Shown here piece after piece: positions 37,646-50,849 of a stretch of DNA of 64,000 nucleotides (within the stretch, counting starts at the first letter, position 1; the number at the start of each line of letters is the position of its first letter). The position numbers were made by a program, and so were the translations under genes. The stretch spans positions 234,610,001-234,674,000 of the forward strand of contig NC_058368.1 in NCBI RefSeq assembly GCF_018350175.1. Reading direction: 5' to 3'. Source of the stretch: Felis catus (taxonomy: Eukaryota). Under the pieces are notes generated by a model. It had not been told where the DNA came from and made no database searches. It saw only the letters and a program-made list of their open reading frames with translations.

Positions 37646-39580
37646 CTGATTTATGAATAGATTTTATGCTATGGAATGGACTGTATGTAATAGTCTAGAA
37701 CTGTGGCTTGACTGTTTATTCACAGACACTGTTCCTGAAGCACTGGCTGCATGGCCTTGGTGGTCAGATGCAATCAGAGCTTAGAACGTCAGGCTCCTTA
37801 CCTGTAGAGAGAACAGGTTCCATCTGGTGCTTATATCGGGAGCATGGGTTTCCATATGCAGAGTGGCAGTGCCCTTGACAGCACTCCTCGACAAAGGGTG
37901 GCTCCTTGTTTTCCTCCAACCCCATTCCCCACCCCTAGGGGATCGGTGGTTAATTTTTTGGCTTGTTTTCAGAACTGACCTAGACAGGTAACTTGGTGAG
38001 AGTCATTGTCTCAGAGAGGAAGGGAGCGTTCAGATTCAGTGGTGGCAGAGAACTACAGTCTTTTGTAGTTTAGACTTTTTTCTTTAAGCAATTTGCACAA
38101 ACCACCTTTCAACAAGAAGATACAGGAATAAAAATATTTTTGGAGAAGTGGTCCAAAGGTCAAATGAGAAACGCATTTTCCGAAGCTAAGTGAATTTCCA
38201 AGAAGGGCAGGTCCCATGGCCAAACGTAGGTCTCAGGTTGTTTGTTTTTCCACATTTGCTTGTTGAAGGGAGGGGCTTCATAAACAGGAACACCGGCTCT
38301 GAGGTGGGAAATGCGCAGTGTTCCCCCCCTCCCCCCACCTCCCAGGGCCTCTGTGGAGCTCATTCCGTGCCTGGCTGTGCATGGTCTGAACTGGGAGCAT
38401 GCTTGTCCCTGTCAGCCTGTGGCCCAAACCTCACCTGTGGTGGGTGGGGCAGACACACCCGGAGTCAGACGCCCATGGAAGCTTCTTGGAGCCAGCCTCC
38501 TGACTGCAGGGGCCACTTAGGTCCTTCTTCTGCAGAAAGCAGATAAAGACGTTAGTGACCATCCACTCTCAGCTCGCTCTCTCCTTCTGTCAGTCAATGC
38601 CAAGGTGAACACTGGGTCAGTGTTTTAGAACAGGATGGGGTCCTTGGTGGCAGGAGTAGCTTTCTGCCATTATCGTAGCTTGGATGGTTAATATTTCCTA
38701 AACCTTCTGGTTCACCGTCTTCTAGAGAGGACATTTTGAGCACCAAGTGCACTGCAGTCCTTTCTTCTGTGGGAGGGACTCATCAGTGTGCATCAGTGCT
38801 GGCTTCTAACTCTCCCCCATCCCACTGATGGGCATCTGCTGGTCCATGAATGGCTTTGTGGTGTGAACACTGGGGGTCATACAAGGTGTGGAGGGAGTTG
38901 TCTGATCTGTAAAGGTTGGAGCTGGGCTGGAATACATCATTCCCCAAAGGATGATTTCAGGAATACCAGTGCCAGAGTATAGACAGAAGTTCTCAGGTGG
39001 ACAGGCCCTGTCCTTTTGCTGTGGGACTTTTTAGAGCCTTTAAAGTACAGTGGCCTGTGATGTTCATGTTGTCCCAAATATCCATGATCTATGTCTGAGT
39101 CTAATGTGAAAGACTGGGGGCCTCATGGGTATCAGTTGGGAAGCCCTAATCTCCAGGGTCGGAGGATGTTATTAAATTAAAAAAATTACAGAGAAGGACA
39201 GGTTTATATTTATCTTCTTTGTCCCTCTTCGTGGCTCTCCTATAAATGGTCTCTGGGGGTTCCTGCTCCTCACTTTCCATGCTACCCAGGCCTGGACTCT
39301 GCTTCCTACTGGCTTAGGGTTTCTTCTCTGCTAGAAGGACCCTAATCCTACTGACCTGTCCCTCCACCAGCCTCTTCATCGAACATTTTCCCCTAGTGTC
39401 TCATTGTCTCAGAGCCTGGCTCTGCCTGCCGATTTCTCCCTAAGACTTCAAAGATGTCCGTCACCATTGTGCTGGGGGGACTTTGATATCTCTATGACTG
39501 TTCTGGTGTTCATGGGGCCTGCCCATGTGGACCCAGTGAAGATCTGCAACCAGAGGCTTCAGCTTTTCTCTCCTTGGACC

Positions 39581-39772
39581 CAAGCATTTGGGAATTTAGG
39601 AGTCTTCTTCTGTAAAGGGCCAGATAGTCAATATTTTCAGCTTTGCTGGCCATCTGGTTTCTGTTGTAACTAGTCAGCTGCTACCACAGTGTGGAGTGAC
39701 AACAGGCAGGCAGTAGGTAAATGAGAGGGTGTGGCCACATGTGGCCTGAGTGCCATAGTTTGCCAATCCTTG
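39581..39772 (+). mobile_element. hAT-Charlie MITE (MER58A-like)
   Basis: ttctgtaaagggccagatagtcaatattttcagctttgc...gccatagtttgccaatccttg. Confidence 0.8.
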
Positions 39773-40734
39773 CTCTAGAATATATCATGGGTGCCCTTGA
39801 AGCACTCCACTGTTCACCAAATTATTATCTTTCCTCTCAGCCACAGCCTGGATAACAAGCTGTAGAACTTGATTTCCATTTTATTTCACCCAAGGATTGG
39901 AGCCTATGCCCGAACTCGAACCCCAAGGCATAGGGCCTTGATTCCTGGCTGGCTGTTGAGGGCCCGTGAGTGGAATTAGACAGGGAGGAGATTTGAGTGC
40001 AGTATTCTGACTAACCCTTAGGACTGTCCGTCAGTGGAAGCTCATTTGAGAGACCGTGAGTTGAGGGGTCAGTACCCTGTCATGGAGGATGGGAACACCC
40101 AGCAATGCTTTCACGTTACTTTGTTCTGGAAATCAGAGGTGGGTTTTGATGGCCTCGAAGGCAATTCCAGCGCCTGACCTTCTGATTCGGATTCAAAGCC
40201 TGGCTTCTCTCCTCCCCACCCCTATGTCCTCCTGAGTGGACCCCTCCCTAGGCTGCAGCTGGGTGTGTGGCCGCTGTGGCTTCCCTTGCCCGGTGCTAAC
40301 TTGCCTTACTTAATTCCCTCTGCCCAGATCAAATAGAAACAGATGCCTGTTAGAAAAATGAATTGAAGCTGGGAATATAATATTGAGTTATTGAGTTATT
40401 TTGATGGACTCCAAAGCCTGATGCAGTCACACCTGGCAGCCACAGCCTCCGCTTTGTCTGGCTGCTGATTAGCTTTGGAGTGAGCTATAACAGAATCCCT
40501 TCTTGCTCCGGGGACTGCTTCTTGGCTCTGAGAGCCTGTCGCCCTCTGCATCCCTAGCAAATGTTATATGTGAAGCAGGGTGGAGGCATACTGGGCACAA
40601 AGCTCTTTTGTTGCCCCTGCTGACACTTCATGGACCTTGTTTGTTCTGAAGTTGCTCTTCTAGCAAATCTAAGCATCCCAGCTGGTGGACATCAACAGAT
40701 TGGATCTGAAGCATAACCGTTGTCCCCGGAAGGG

Positions 40735-41045
40735 TGTCAGGACTGTGAAGGGTCTGAGTTTTTATCCTACTGGCAAGAGCACAAGTTAGCCTGGCACAGT
40801 TTCCTGGAGGCTGGAATAAGATACAACACTCCTGGCCTAGAGACAAAGGAGTTTATTAAACATGGCGGAGAAGTTCCCCTTGACTGCAAGTGCCATGGGC
40901 ACGAGGCAAGTAAGTCTGGATGGATGATGGATGCCTGTTCACACAGTAGGTGTTTTATACCTGAAGAACTTGAGCTTAGGGGACCAGAATCTTTTAGTAA
41001 TGGCAGTAAGCATGCCTGCTCTTTGGAATGGAGGGAGAGACTACT
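40735..41045. mobile_element. ERVL-class LTR fragment (MER54/MER74-like), interrupted by MER20
   Basis: gggtctgagtttttatcctactggcaag...caagttagcctg...cagtttc...agagacaaagga.tttatta motifs; subfamily and orientation uncertain. Confidence 0.55.
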
Positions 41046-41051
41046 TCTATA

Positions 41052-41272
41052 GAGAGTTTCTCAACCTAGGCTTCATGAACTTTGTGGGCTGGATAATTCT
41101 CTGTTGGTGAGGACTTTCTTGTGCACTATAAGATGTTTGCTTGGCAGCATTTCTGGCATCTACATGCCAGATGCCATTAGGATCCTTATCCCAATTGTGA
41201 CAAGCAAACATACCTCCAGACATTGCCAAGTGTCCGCCGAGGGGCAACATTGCCCCTGATTGGGAATCACTG
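41052..41272 (+). mobile_element. hAT-Charlie MITE MER20
   Basis: tttctcaacc...ggctggataattct...ctccagacattgccaagtgtcc...gattgggaatcactg; ~220 bp with terminal inverted repeats. Confidence 0.85.
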
Positions 41273-42719
41273 CTCTGTAGCATGTAAAACATGTTCTCAC
41301 TATTTAAATATCCTTGAGAAGAATGGGCATTTTTAGAACAAAGGGAAGTCGGTGTCTCTGATCACAAAGCAAGTAGGAACCTGAGAGACCCATAAAGAAC
41401 TGTCTCTCAATGACAGGCAGGTGAATGTCATGTTACCTGGATGGGACTGGATGGCAGTGATCGTCAGCATCTGGTCTGTGGCCCAGAGGTGGACTGTCAG
41501 ACACAGTTATGACCTGTATACCCATCCTGAATGCAAGACATTTCTTTGCTCTTATGGATGAACGGAAAGGAATTCGGTAGACTTCTATTTTTACGTGTGA
41601 TTAAGGCCTACTTATTAGTACCCTACTAAGTTATTAAGGGCCAATAAAATCTGGTGTTTCAATCAGAGAGGCATTGAATGACAACACGCCAAGTGTTGAA
41701 ACTCAACCATCTGCTGAGTATTACCATCACAGAGTAAATGTCTAGGATATAAGAATAAGTCTGAATTTTGTTCAAAATACGATCATTGTTATTTTTTGGT
41801 GGTCAGGTTTTAAGCTTGATAGATTGCTTTTGTGGTCATCCTGCTGTGTACATTTGTGATGTGAAGTGTTCAATTGCTTTCTGCTGACAATGGTATAGTG
41901 CAAGTGTGACCAGCGTGAGGTGTTGCTGACCATAGCCACTGCCGTGAAGGTGGTTTGGTGGCCCTCGTGCTGAGGGTGGTGCCGCCTGCACTGTGTTTTA
42001 TGATTCGAAATATAAATTTACACTTCAACTGAGTGACAGACTTTTAACATGAGGAAACCATTGGGGGATTTTAACTCCCAGCTTTATCTGTTATACTTGA
42101 TTTTGAAAGCCGATCTTTGGATACTGACAATACATCTAAATAATGTGATTTGTCCACATTGCTGGCATTTTTGTGCTGACTGGATGTGATGGTAACATGT
42201 GACTCATGTGACTGTCAAGCTGTCACAAGTGTAGGGATGTAACAATGATACTGTAATAGGCATTTGGCTAATTTTCTTCTAGAGGCCAAACATGAGCTAA
42301 ATAGTAGATTCTGGCCAAATGCTGAGGCTTCTACCTAGTCTACTGAGGACTAAGATAGCTTCTCCTGAGAAACCTGGCTGGTCCACCAACTGGGCACCAT
42401 GACCAATCTCCCTCTGCAGGTGAGGTGGTCAAGACGGAGGGTGCGTTGAGTTGCTTGATGTCTCTTGAGTTGCTTGATGTCTCTCGAGTTGCTTGATGGT
42501 TTTACTGGCTGCTCTTCTTGACTTTGATGATAAAATACTATTTATTCAGATTTGTCTTTATTAATATAGGTTTTATTCCATACCTTTTTTTTTTTTTTGT
42601 TAACCTGTCAGCATGTGGTGTTGCCATTTAATTTAGTTATATATTTTCTTTTCTTAAAACCCAATATGGAAACTTAAGGACACACACACTGCAGTTTAAA
42701 TAGTATTCCCTACTCTTCC

Positions 42720-43253
42720 CTTGATCATGGGGTGCCAAGACATTTGGTCAAACATTTTTCTGAATATGTCTGTGAGGGTGTTTTTGGATACGATGAACAT
42801 TTGAATTGGTATACTAAGTAAAACAGGTTGCCATCTCTAATGTGGGTGGCCCTTATCCAATCAACTGAGGGTCTGAATGGCACAAAACGACTGCATAAGA
42901 AGGAGTTTCTTTCGCCTTTCTGACTGAGCTGGACATTGGTTTTCTCCTGCTCGGGTATTGAAATTTACACCATTGGCTCTCCTTGTTCTCAGGCCTTCAC
43001 ACTTGAACTAGAACTACAACACTGGGTCTCCTGTGGCTCCAGCTCGTTGAGTACAGATGATGGGACTTCTCAGCTTCCATAATTGTATGAGCCATTTCTT
43101 TATCATAAATCAGTCTCTTTCTCTCTCTTGCTCATTTCAAATCTCTATCTCTGTCTCATATTACTTTATTACGAGCAAATATCTGTATCAATACCATCTA
43201 TGTCTATATCTCCTTTTGTTGGCTCAGTTCCTCTGGAGAACCCTGACTAATAA
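42720..43253 (+). mobile_element. ERVL LTR (MLT2D-like)
   Basis: atttggtcaaacatt...gtctgtgagggtgtttttggat...atgggacttctcagcttccataattg...ctctggagaaccctgactaat. Confidence 0.85.
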
Positions 43254-43610
43254 GAGGGACCATTTAGGGAAATAGAAGTGAGAGAGTGAGAATGTACTTC
43301 AGGGAAAGGAGAAACATCAACAAAGGTTTTCTTACTGTATGGATTACCACTGAGAAAGGCTGAATGTCAACCCACTGGAGGCTTGAGGAACCATGATTCA
43401 CATTTCTTTCAGTGGAGGACAAGTGGCATGAGGACATTTTCCCATGGATTTGCATCTCCCAAGGATTGCCCTGGGACACGGATTTTCCCACTTCCAAACT
43501 ATGTCCGTCTGCAGGTAACTTACCCAGCACCTCTTGCAGCTTTGGGATGCAGAGAAACCAGATGCTGAGATACTAGTGCTCTTAGCCTGGGAGCACTAGT
43601 AACGAGATGT

Positions 43611-43637
43611 AGAGCTGTCCAGAACCGTGGTGCTGAA
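43611..43637 (-). promoter_or_regulatory. Expanded (non-canonical) REST/NRSF RE1 site
   Basis: Minus strand TTCAGCACC-ACGGTTCT-GGACAGCTCT: both half-site cores intact, 8-nt spacer instead of 2. Confidence 0.55.
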
Positions 43638-46007
43638 GTTTCCTGGGCCAGAGGATCAATACCACACAGGTATAATAAAACTACCTGGTTACTTTTAAGA
43701 TTATAGGGCATAGTTTTATAATATAATGGAAAGCTCCGTGAGGACATAGGGTTTTAAAAAAAGTTTTGTTTATATATGTATCTCCTGTGCCTGATACATA
43801 AAGAAAACAATACATTTTTATTGAATGAATAAACATAAAATCAGATGTGTGAGCTCACATTATCCTCTTATAAAGCAAATAATAAGGCTTTTCTGTGTGT
43901 TGCCAAGAAGAAGTCTACTTCAGCAGTTTGTTTGTCTCTAGTTCTTTGTCACTTGATTTTTTTTCTTCCTGAAGAGGAAAAGGGGTGGGAAAGATGGGCC
44001 ATAGGTTCTTGTGCTCACCCAGAGCAACTACTCTAAATCATTCCCACCAGCAGGACTACTGCTGAACTCCAACCAGACAGTCTTCGCCTATAGGTGGTGA
44101 TCTTGGAACCGGAGGCAATGAGATACAAGGACACAAAGGGGGGGGGGTCATTGGAAAGTCCTAACCAAGGGCAATGGGGAACCACTTTATATATTAGGGT
44201 GACAAATGTTTGGATGCTCACCTTGCTATTTAATCTTTACAACCCAAATTTGTGATAATCAGCATCTGTAAGGTTTAATCAGAATATGAATTGGAGTGGC
44301 TTTGCCTTGTTTTCTATCTTCATTACTCTTTCTCCCTTGGGTCATCGATGGAAATCTTTCAGTGCACAGGCCAGTGGGATATGAATGCATCCTTCCCCAA
44401 GAAACGACTCTGTGTAAGCTTAAAAGAGCTTATTAAATTAGTATGTGGGATATGATTTCATCCACATAATAAAAGCTGCAGCTGCTTTTAAAGAAATGAA
44501 ATTGTATTGCACATGGCGTTCAATCTTCAGCCCTACCCACACAGGTGCTCTGTTGGAGAGATGCATGGCTCCCAGAGGGCTTTCTTCGGGGAGGGACATC
44601 AGCAAGGAGACAAATGAGCCTTCCTGCTTTTCATACTATACATGTTTGCTCTTCATTCGTGGAGGTTGGAAGTCATGGATTTCATTACTGCAGTGCATTG
44701 AGGGCCAGGGGAAAAAAAAATCCAATTTGCTACTGCCTCAATGACTTTGTGTTTTAATCAAATGGATAAGAAAGAGTCATTAACTGATGCTCAGACTGAT
44801 TAAAATTCCAGTGAGAAGGAAAAGAAATGAGATTGTGACACAGCCTTAGAAGGTCACTTGCTCCCTGGTAGTTCTGCGCCTTTAAAGTCTCCCTTGTTCG
44901 TTGTTACCATTACTGAGCACCCTTAGCAGCTGTGGACAGTCGGGGTGGCATCCTGACCTTCGTCCCTTGGACAGTGGGGGTGGCAGTCCTGACCTCTGTC
45001 CCTGTGTCCAGGGTCTCTGGCTGTGAAGGAAGGTGCCTATCCTTCCTGGGATGATCCAGTGAGTGGACTATATAAATCCCCTTCAATATGGCCACGGTAC
45101 TGATTTCCTGTATCCTGCAGGGTCAGTGGAGGAGCGGAAGGCAGCAGCAAATGCATCTGAAAGCACTCTGAAAGCTCTCAAGTGCTACTCAAATTTAGAT
45201 GCCTGTGTTACTGTTATTATTATTATTTTTATCTCTCTCATTACTATTGTTACTGCCACTGCTACTATGAAGTTTTAAGATTGCACAAATTTTCCACATG
45301 GCTTGTTTGCTTGACAGGCAGAGATCAGAGGGGCAGTTGGTGAACGGGAAGCTTTCTTATGGCAGAATTTCTCGCAGCTGTCTCTGGGTGTAGCCTCAGG
45401 GCCCAGGAGAATTCATCCATAGAAGGGAATGGATTCCTGAGCAATTTCACTGATGCCTCCATGAGGAGGTGAAACAGACACTTGTGCCTCAGAGCAAGCT
45501 GGTAGCCTGCTTTCTTTGTTCATTCCCTCATGCCCTCCTTCCTTATCCCATTAATAGTGAGTGGCTCCTATGTGTCAGGCACTGTTCTTCCTGAAAGTCA
45601 CATGTCTCATGATCCAAGAGGGGACAAGGAGGAGCACTCATTTCTCAGTGTGTAGCGAGAGCCTCCAAGGGCTGGTAAGATTGGCCACACTCACAGGGCA
45701 GTTCACTGAGGCACCTGAGCAGGCTGGGAAGTGGGCCAGACCCGTGGAGACGTGGAGGGTGGGGGGATGGGGGACAGACAATCTTTAGGGAGTAAGCAGG
45801 AAATGCATGACTAGAATCAATATCAGAAACAGTTTGCAGAGAGCATGGACAGTTTTTAAAAAGTAAAATAGAAACAGAGGTTATATACAATGGTCAAGCA
45901 AAATGCACATTAGACTCAGAGGCCGCGGTCAGTGGGAAAACCAAAATAGAGACCTATAGGGTGTAGTGTCCACAGACTTGCTGCCACTGAACAGTGAGCT
46001 GGGCTTA

Positions 46008-46216
46008 ACTATGGAGAGCCCTCAAAAAACGAAAAATAGAAATACTAAGGGAGCCAGCAATCCCACTTTTGGAACTACATTCAAAGGAAACAAAACCATT
46101 ATCTCAAAGAGGTCTCTGCACCGCCGTAGCAGCATTATTCACAATAACTAAGACATGGAAACAGCCTAAGTGCCCGCCGATGGTTGAATCGATAAAGGAA
46201 ATGTGCCATGCGCGTG

Positions 46217-46261
<45 letters not shown>

Positions 46262-47010
46262 GAATACTATTCAGCCATTAAAAAAATTGAGATCCAGAGC
46301 ACCTGGGTGGCTCAGTCAGTTAAGCGTCCGACTTCGGCTCAGGTCATGATCTCACGATTCGTGAGTTTGAACCCCATGTCGGGCTCTGTGCTGACAGCTC
46401 AGAACCTGGAGCCTGCTTCAGATTCTGTGTCTCGCTTTCTCTCTGCCCCTCTCCCACTCATGATCTGTCTCTCAAAAATGAATAAACGTTAAACAACAAC
46501 AACAAAAAAATCAAGATCCTGCCATTTGTGACAATGTGGATGGACCTTGAGGGTATTATGCTAAGTGAGGTAAGTCAGACAGAGAAAGACAAATACTGTA
46601 TGAGCTCACTTATAGGTGGATTAAAAAAAGAAAAAGCGAAGTTCACAGCAAAAGAGATGAGTTTCGTGGTTACCAAAGGCGAGAGATGGGGAGGATTGGA
46701 GGCAGATGGCCAAAAGTGGTACCTTCCAGTTATAAGATAAGTAAGTTCTGGGGAGGCAGTGTACGTCTTGATGATACATAGAGCTAACACTGCTGGATGG
46801 TGTGTTTGAAAGCTGCTAAGAGAGGAGATGGTGAGTTCTCAAGGGAAACAAAACCATGTTTTTCCATTTTCTTTTCCTTTTTTTTTGTATCTATGTGAGA
46901 TAATGGGTGTTAGCTAAACACTGTGGTGATCATTTCACAATATATGCAACTCACTATACTATCCATCTTAAACTTATACAGCACTGTATGTTGATTATAT
47001 CTTAATAAAA

Positions 47011-47041
<31 letters not shown>
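46008..47041 (+). mobile_element. Old LINE-1 3' end (L1MA9/L1MB-like) containing (CA)n and a nested SINE
   Basis: gcagcattattcacaata, gacatggaaacagcctaagtg, ggaccttgagggtattatgctaagtga, cagttataagataa; terminal aataaaa and 29-A run. Confidence 0.9.
46296..46510 (+). mobile_element. Can-SINE nested in L1
   Basis: Full head, body and tail; imperfect TSD aaaaaattgagatcc / aaaaaatcaagatcc. Confidence 0.92.
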
Positions 47042-47042
<1 letters not shown>

Positions 47043-47467
47043 CCCTGGGCTCAGAGCTCTGCAGGGGCCAGTGTGGAAAGGGACGAGCAGGTGGATATCT
47101 GGTCTCCATTTCCCGGGTCAGAGAAACAGCCTGTCCAACTCAGTAGTGTGGTTTAGACAAAAGCAACAGGGGCTTTTTCCCTTACCTGTTCGGACACCAT
47201 CTTGGAAGTCTGTGAAATGACACTTCCACCGTCCCTACTGCTTCTGAGTCTGGAATCGTTCTTGGCTTGCAGTCTTCAGCTGAAACCCAAGTCAGGGGTT
47301 GTAATGTCCTGCAGCAGGTAGAGGAACACTTCCTTTTGGAGGCTCCGAATCGCTTGTCTTCCTCAGGGAGGTTCTCATATTTCAGGATTTGATTTAAATA
47401 ACCAAGGCTCATATCATAACTCTGCTAATTAAAGCAAAATTGATCCCTAACTAGAATCTTATTTTTA

Positions 47468-47681
47468 TTTAATTTTTAAATGTTTATCTTTTTGAGAGAG
47501 AGGGAGAGACAGCACGTGAGCAGGGGAGGGGCAGAGAGAGAGGGAGACACAGAATCCGAAGCGGGCCCCAGGCTCCGAGCTGTCAGCACAGAGCCCGACG
47601 CGGGGCTTGAACTCACAAACCACAAGATCATGAGCTGAACCCAAGTCAGATGCTTAACCGACTGAGCCACTCAGGCACCCC
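47468..47681 (-). mobile_element. Can-SINE (older of a tandem pair)
   Basis: Reverse-strand SINE ending ...actgagccactcaggcacccc, flanked by TAGAATCTTATTTTTA. Confidence 0.93.
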
Positions 47682-47697
47682 TAGAATCTTATTTTTA

Positions 47698-47775
47698 TTT
47701 TTATTTTTATTTTTATTTTTATTTTTATTTTTATTTTTATTTTTATTTTTTATTTCTATTTGTTTGTTTGTTTGT

Positions 47776-47811
<36 letters not shown>

Positions 47812-48004
47812 TTTATTTTTGAGACAGGGAGAGACAGAGCATGAACAGGGGAGGGTCAGAGAGAGGGAGACACAGAATCCGAAACAGGCTCCAGGCTCTG
47901 AGCCGTCAGCACAGAGCCCGACGCAGGGCTCGAACTCACGGACCGCGAGATCATGACCTGAGCCGAAGTCGGCCACCCAACCGACTGAGCCACCCAGGCG
48001 CCCC
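47698..48004 (-). mobile_element. Can-SINE, young felid type with a long patterned tail
   Basis: CpG-rich body ending ...gagccacccaggcgcccc; ~120-nt (ATTTTT)n/(GTTT)n/(ATTT)n tail; same flanking repeat. Confidence 0.93.
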
Positions 48005-48393
48005 TAGAATCTTATTTTTAAAAAACAACATAAGAACACTAAAATGATTGTGATGGTAACAGCCATCAGGTGGGGAATGGGGCAGGGCCAGAATTCACTG
48101 AGCATGCTGAGTTAGCCCTTCCTGCCTCTGTCTCCTGTCTACCAGCCGCCTGCCAGGGGTGCCCTGGGACCAGTCCTTCTGGACCCAAAGCGGGGAGTTC
48201 GGTTCTCATGAGGAGGAGGCAAAGAGCACATGGGAGAGAAAGTGCTGTTCCAGCCAGAGGGGTGTCCTGCTGTATTCTTGTCCCCGTGACAGAGTATCTG
48301 TGGCCACCATGTTGCACAAGTGTTGTGTGGAGGGGAACAGCAGCTTCAGGCAGAGACACACTGTGTCAGAAGGGTGCCAAACCTCGGGACTGA

Positions 48394-48603
48394 GGGGCCC
48401 CCAGCTGGCTCAGTCCATTGAGCCTCTGGCTCTTGATTTCGGCCCAGGTTGTGATCTCGTGGTTCATGAGTTCGAGTCCCACATCAGCCTTTGCACTGAC
48501 GGCATGGAACCTGCTTGGGATGCTCTCTCCCTCTTTCTGTGTGCCCTTCCCCCACCACTTGTGCTTGCTCTCTCTCTCAAAATAAATAAATAAACATTTA
48601 AAA
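48394..48603 (+). mobile_element. Can-SINE (older, diverged)
   Basis: ggggccccccagctggctcagtc head and caaaataaataaataaacattt tail. Confidence 0.88.
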
Positions 48604-50732
48604 GATGTGGTTGTTCTTCTGTTAATTTGTTCTAACAGTAATAATGGAACATAGCAAGCTCTCACCTCACACCTACTCTGTGCCAGGCGTTGTTTTATGT
48701 CCTCATGTGACCGTTGATACAGCTCGCAAAACACTGAGACTGCCACCTGTTTGCTTAATTCTCCATTCTCTGGGTGATGCGTGGTGTGTTTTATTAAATG
48801 AAAATATTGTAGCTTTATTTTTATCCATTTTTCTCACGATTCAGCCTTCCATACCAACCTTAACACTAAAGCGTCTCATTCACCCAGGTAGAGAAAATTC
48901 GGGGCCTGTAGCTTCTGAGGAACCAATGACCCATATGTGTGATCCTTTCAGATCTGTCTCTTCTCTGGTTACCTGCAAGGCTGTGGATTTGGCCGTGAAG
49001 TAGAAGCCCGTTCCTGCAAGTATGAGTTGGAGTTTTGTTCTGTCTTTGAGACACCTCCAGTTTCTTTGAAAACTCCTCCAGAGCATCTTCAGAGCCTTGG
49101 GTGTTCTAGTGAAGTTATGGTGGGGGACATCTCGGGGGGTGGGTCAGATGGAGCTGAGTAGGGAGAAGTGTCCTCGGCCCATTCACCATCCAGAGGATGG
49201 CGGGCCCGTTCATATGTACCCTCTCTTCTGAAGTCTGAGATCAGAAGTGTGGTAGCCATGTCAAGAGGAAACCACCCTGCTCTTGTCCCTGCAGCCACGT
49301 GGGGATGTAGCTGACAGTTCTCCCTCCTGGTCTGTCATGGTACTCAGTGTTCCAAGGAACCTTCTAGGATCTCGCAGGTGGCTTTGGTCAGCCGTGCAGA
49401 GAGTGGCTCCGTCTTTCAGGGGTAGACTCACAGGAGCCAAGCTAGCAAGACTGATGCGTAGAACCGGCAGCCTGATTTGTTTAATTGACAGTGAAAATTC
49501 TGGCACAGCAGGTGCACAGCGTGGGTGGTTTGAAGTGGATGTTTGCACACTGTATATCCACAGGCGGTGGAATCCAAAGCTGGTTGGCTGAGTGGTTCAA
49601 AGGTGCCAGGCTTAGCATCCATTTTACAGTGGGTACCCTCTCACCACTGGGAGGGAGGCCAAACAACCTTCTAGTGGCCAGCTTCTCTCTGGGTCTCTTC
49701 CCTACCTGCCTTCTGGTTGGCGTCCCGTGTTTCTTCTCACATCTGCTCCCTTCTGCTGAGTTGGCTCCAGGAGGCCTGTGGCCCGAGAGCTTCCGCTCTT
49801 CAAGGTGATTCCCATCTCTCTGCTGTATTCGTTGCAGACATTACAGACTTCAGGGTAAGACCTCATGGGCCTTCCAATATCTCAGTTATTGGGGGACGTG
49901 TGAACCAGTCCCGGGGGTGAGGAGGTAAGGAAATGTGAACAGCGAAATGGTCGCTCCATTGGAATGCCGTGGTGCGTATGTTGGTTCTTCACTGACAAAT
50001 TTCCTTTCCCTGGTGATTTCCAGGCCTCCCTTGTGGTGCTTTCTGAAAATAATCATGCTCATCGCCAGCACACATGGATGCCCTCATGTGTCAGAGGGCT
50101 GGAGGGCACAGGGGCTGCCGAGGAAAAGAACGCCGGCGTTCACAGTGAAGAGGTCGAGGCCTCGCAGGAGGCAGCTCCAGGTTCTTGTCCCCGCCCCGTC
50201 CTGGCTGAGGCTGGTGATGAATGAGGGAGGGTCCCCGGGGGTGGCAAGCAGGTGAACCAGTGTGACAGGATTAGCCTGGAGAAAGCTGACTGTGTGTTGG
50301 AACTTCTCAGATGTGCTCAGGTGTTTGCTTGCCATGATTAAAGACCCATTTTAATTGTTTTCTTTGATATGCTGCCATTCAGCCGCTGAGGTCATCTGAC
50401 TTTAAGGGGATATATTTCTACCCTCATTGGATGCCTTCATAGAACTCATTTCATTCTCAGTTTAAAAGAGTGGTTCACACATGTTTTTTCCCCCCTTCTG
50501 AATTGTCTGTTGTGCAAAGGAAATTGGTTTACCCTGCTGTAAGGGAGGTGTGACTTTCAGTACCACCAGGGATATTTCTAGAGGGTGGCCCCAACTGACA
50601 CCCTTGGTCCTCATTACTGTTAATTACAACATATCTGATGGGTTATTTCATATCTGTAGCACCTGTCATCCATAGCAGAGGTGATACGGTGTGTGTTTCA
50701 CTTCTCCAGGGATGTGGGCGCCTCTGTGCTTC

Positions 50733-50849
50733 TTTTTATTTCTTTTTATTATTTTTTTAAGTTTATTATTTTTTTTTGTTTATTTTGAGAGAGACAAAGA
50801 GGTCACAAGCTGGGGAGGGTTAGATAGAAGGAGAGACAGAATCCCAAGC
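50733..50849 (-). mobile_element. 5'-truncated Can-SINE fragment
   Basis: T-rich tail then tttattttgagagagac...ggggaggg...gagagacagaatcccaagc. Confidence 0.75.

Noticed and set aside
45063..45278. 71-aa ORF with a hydrophobic C-terminus suggesting a tail-anchored microprotein
   Set aside because: Starts at GTG, and the hydrophobic end is encoded by an (ATT)n-type tail typical of MIR/L2 3' ends.
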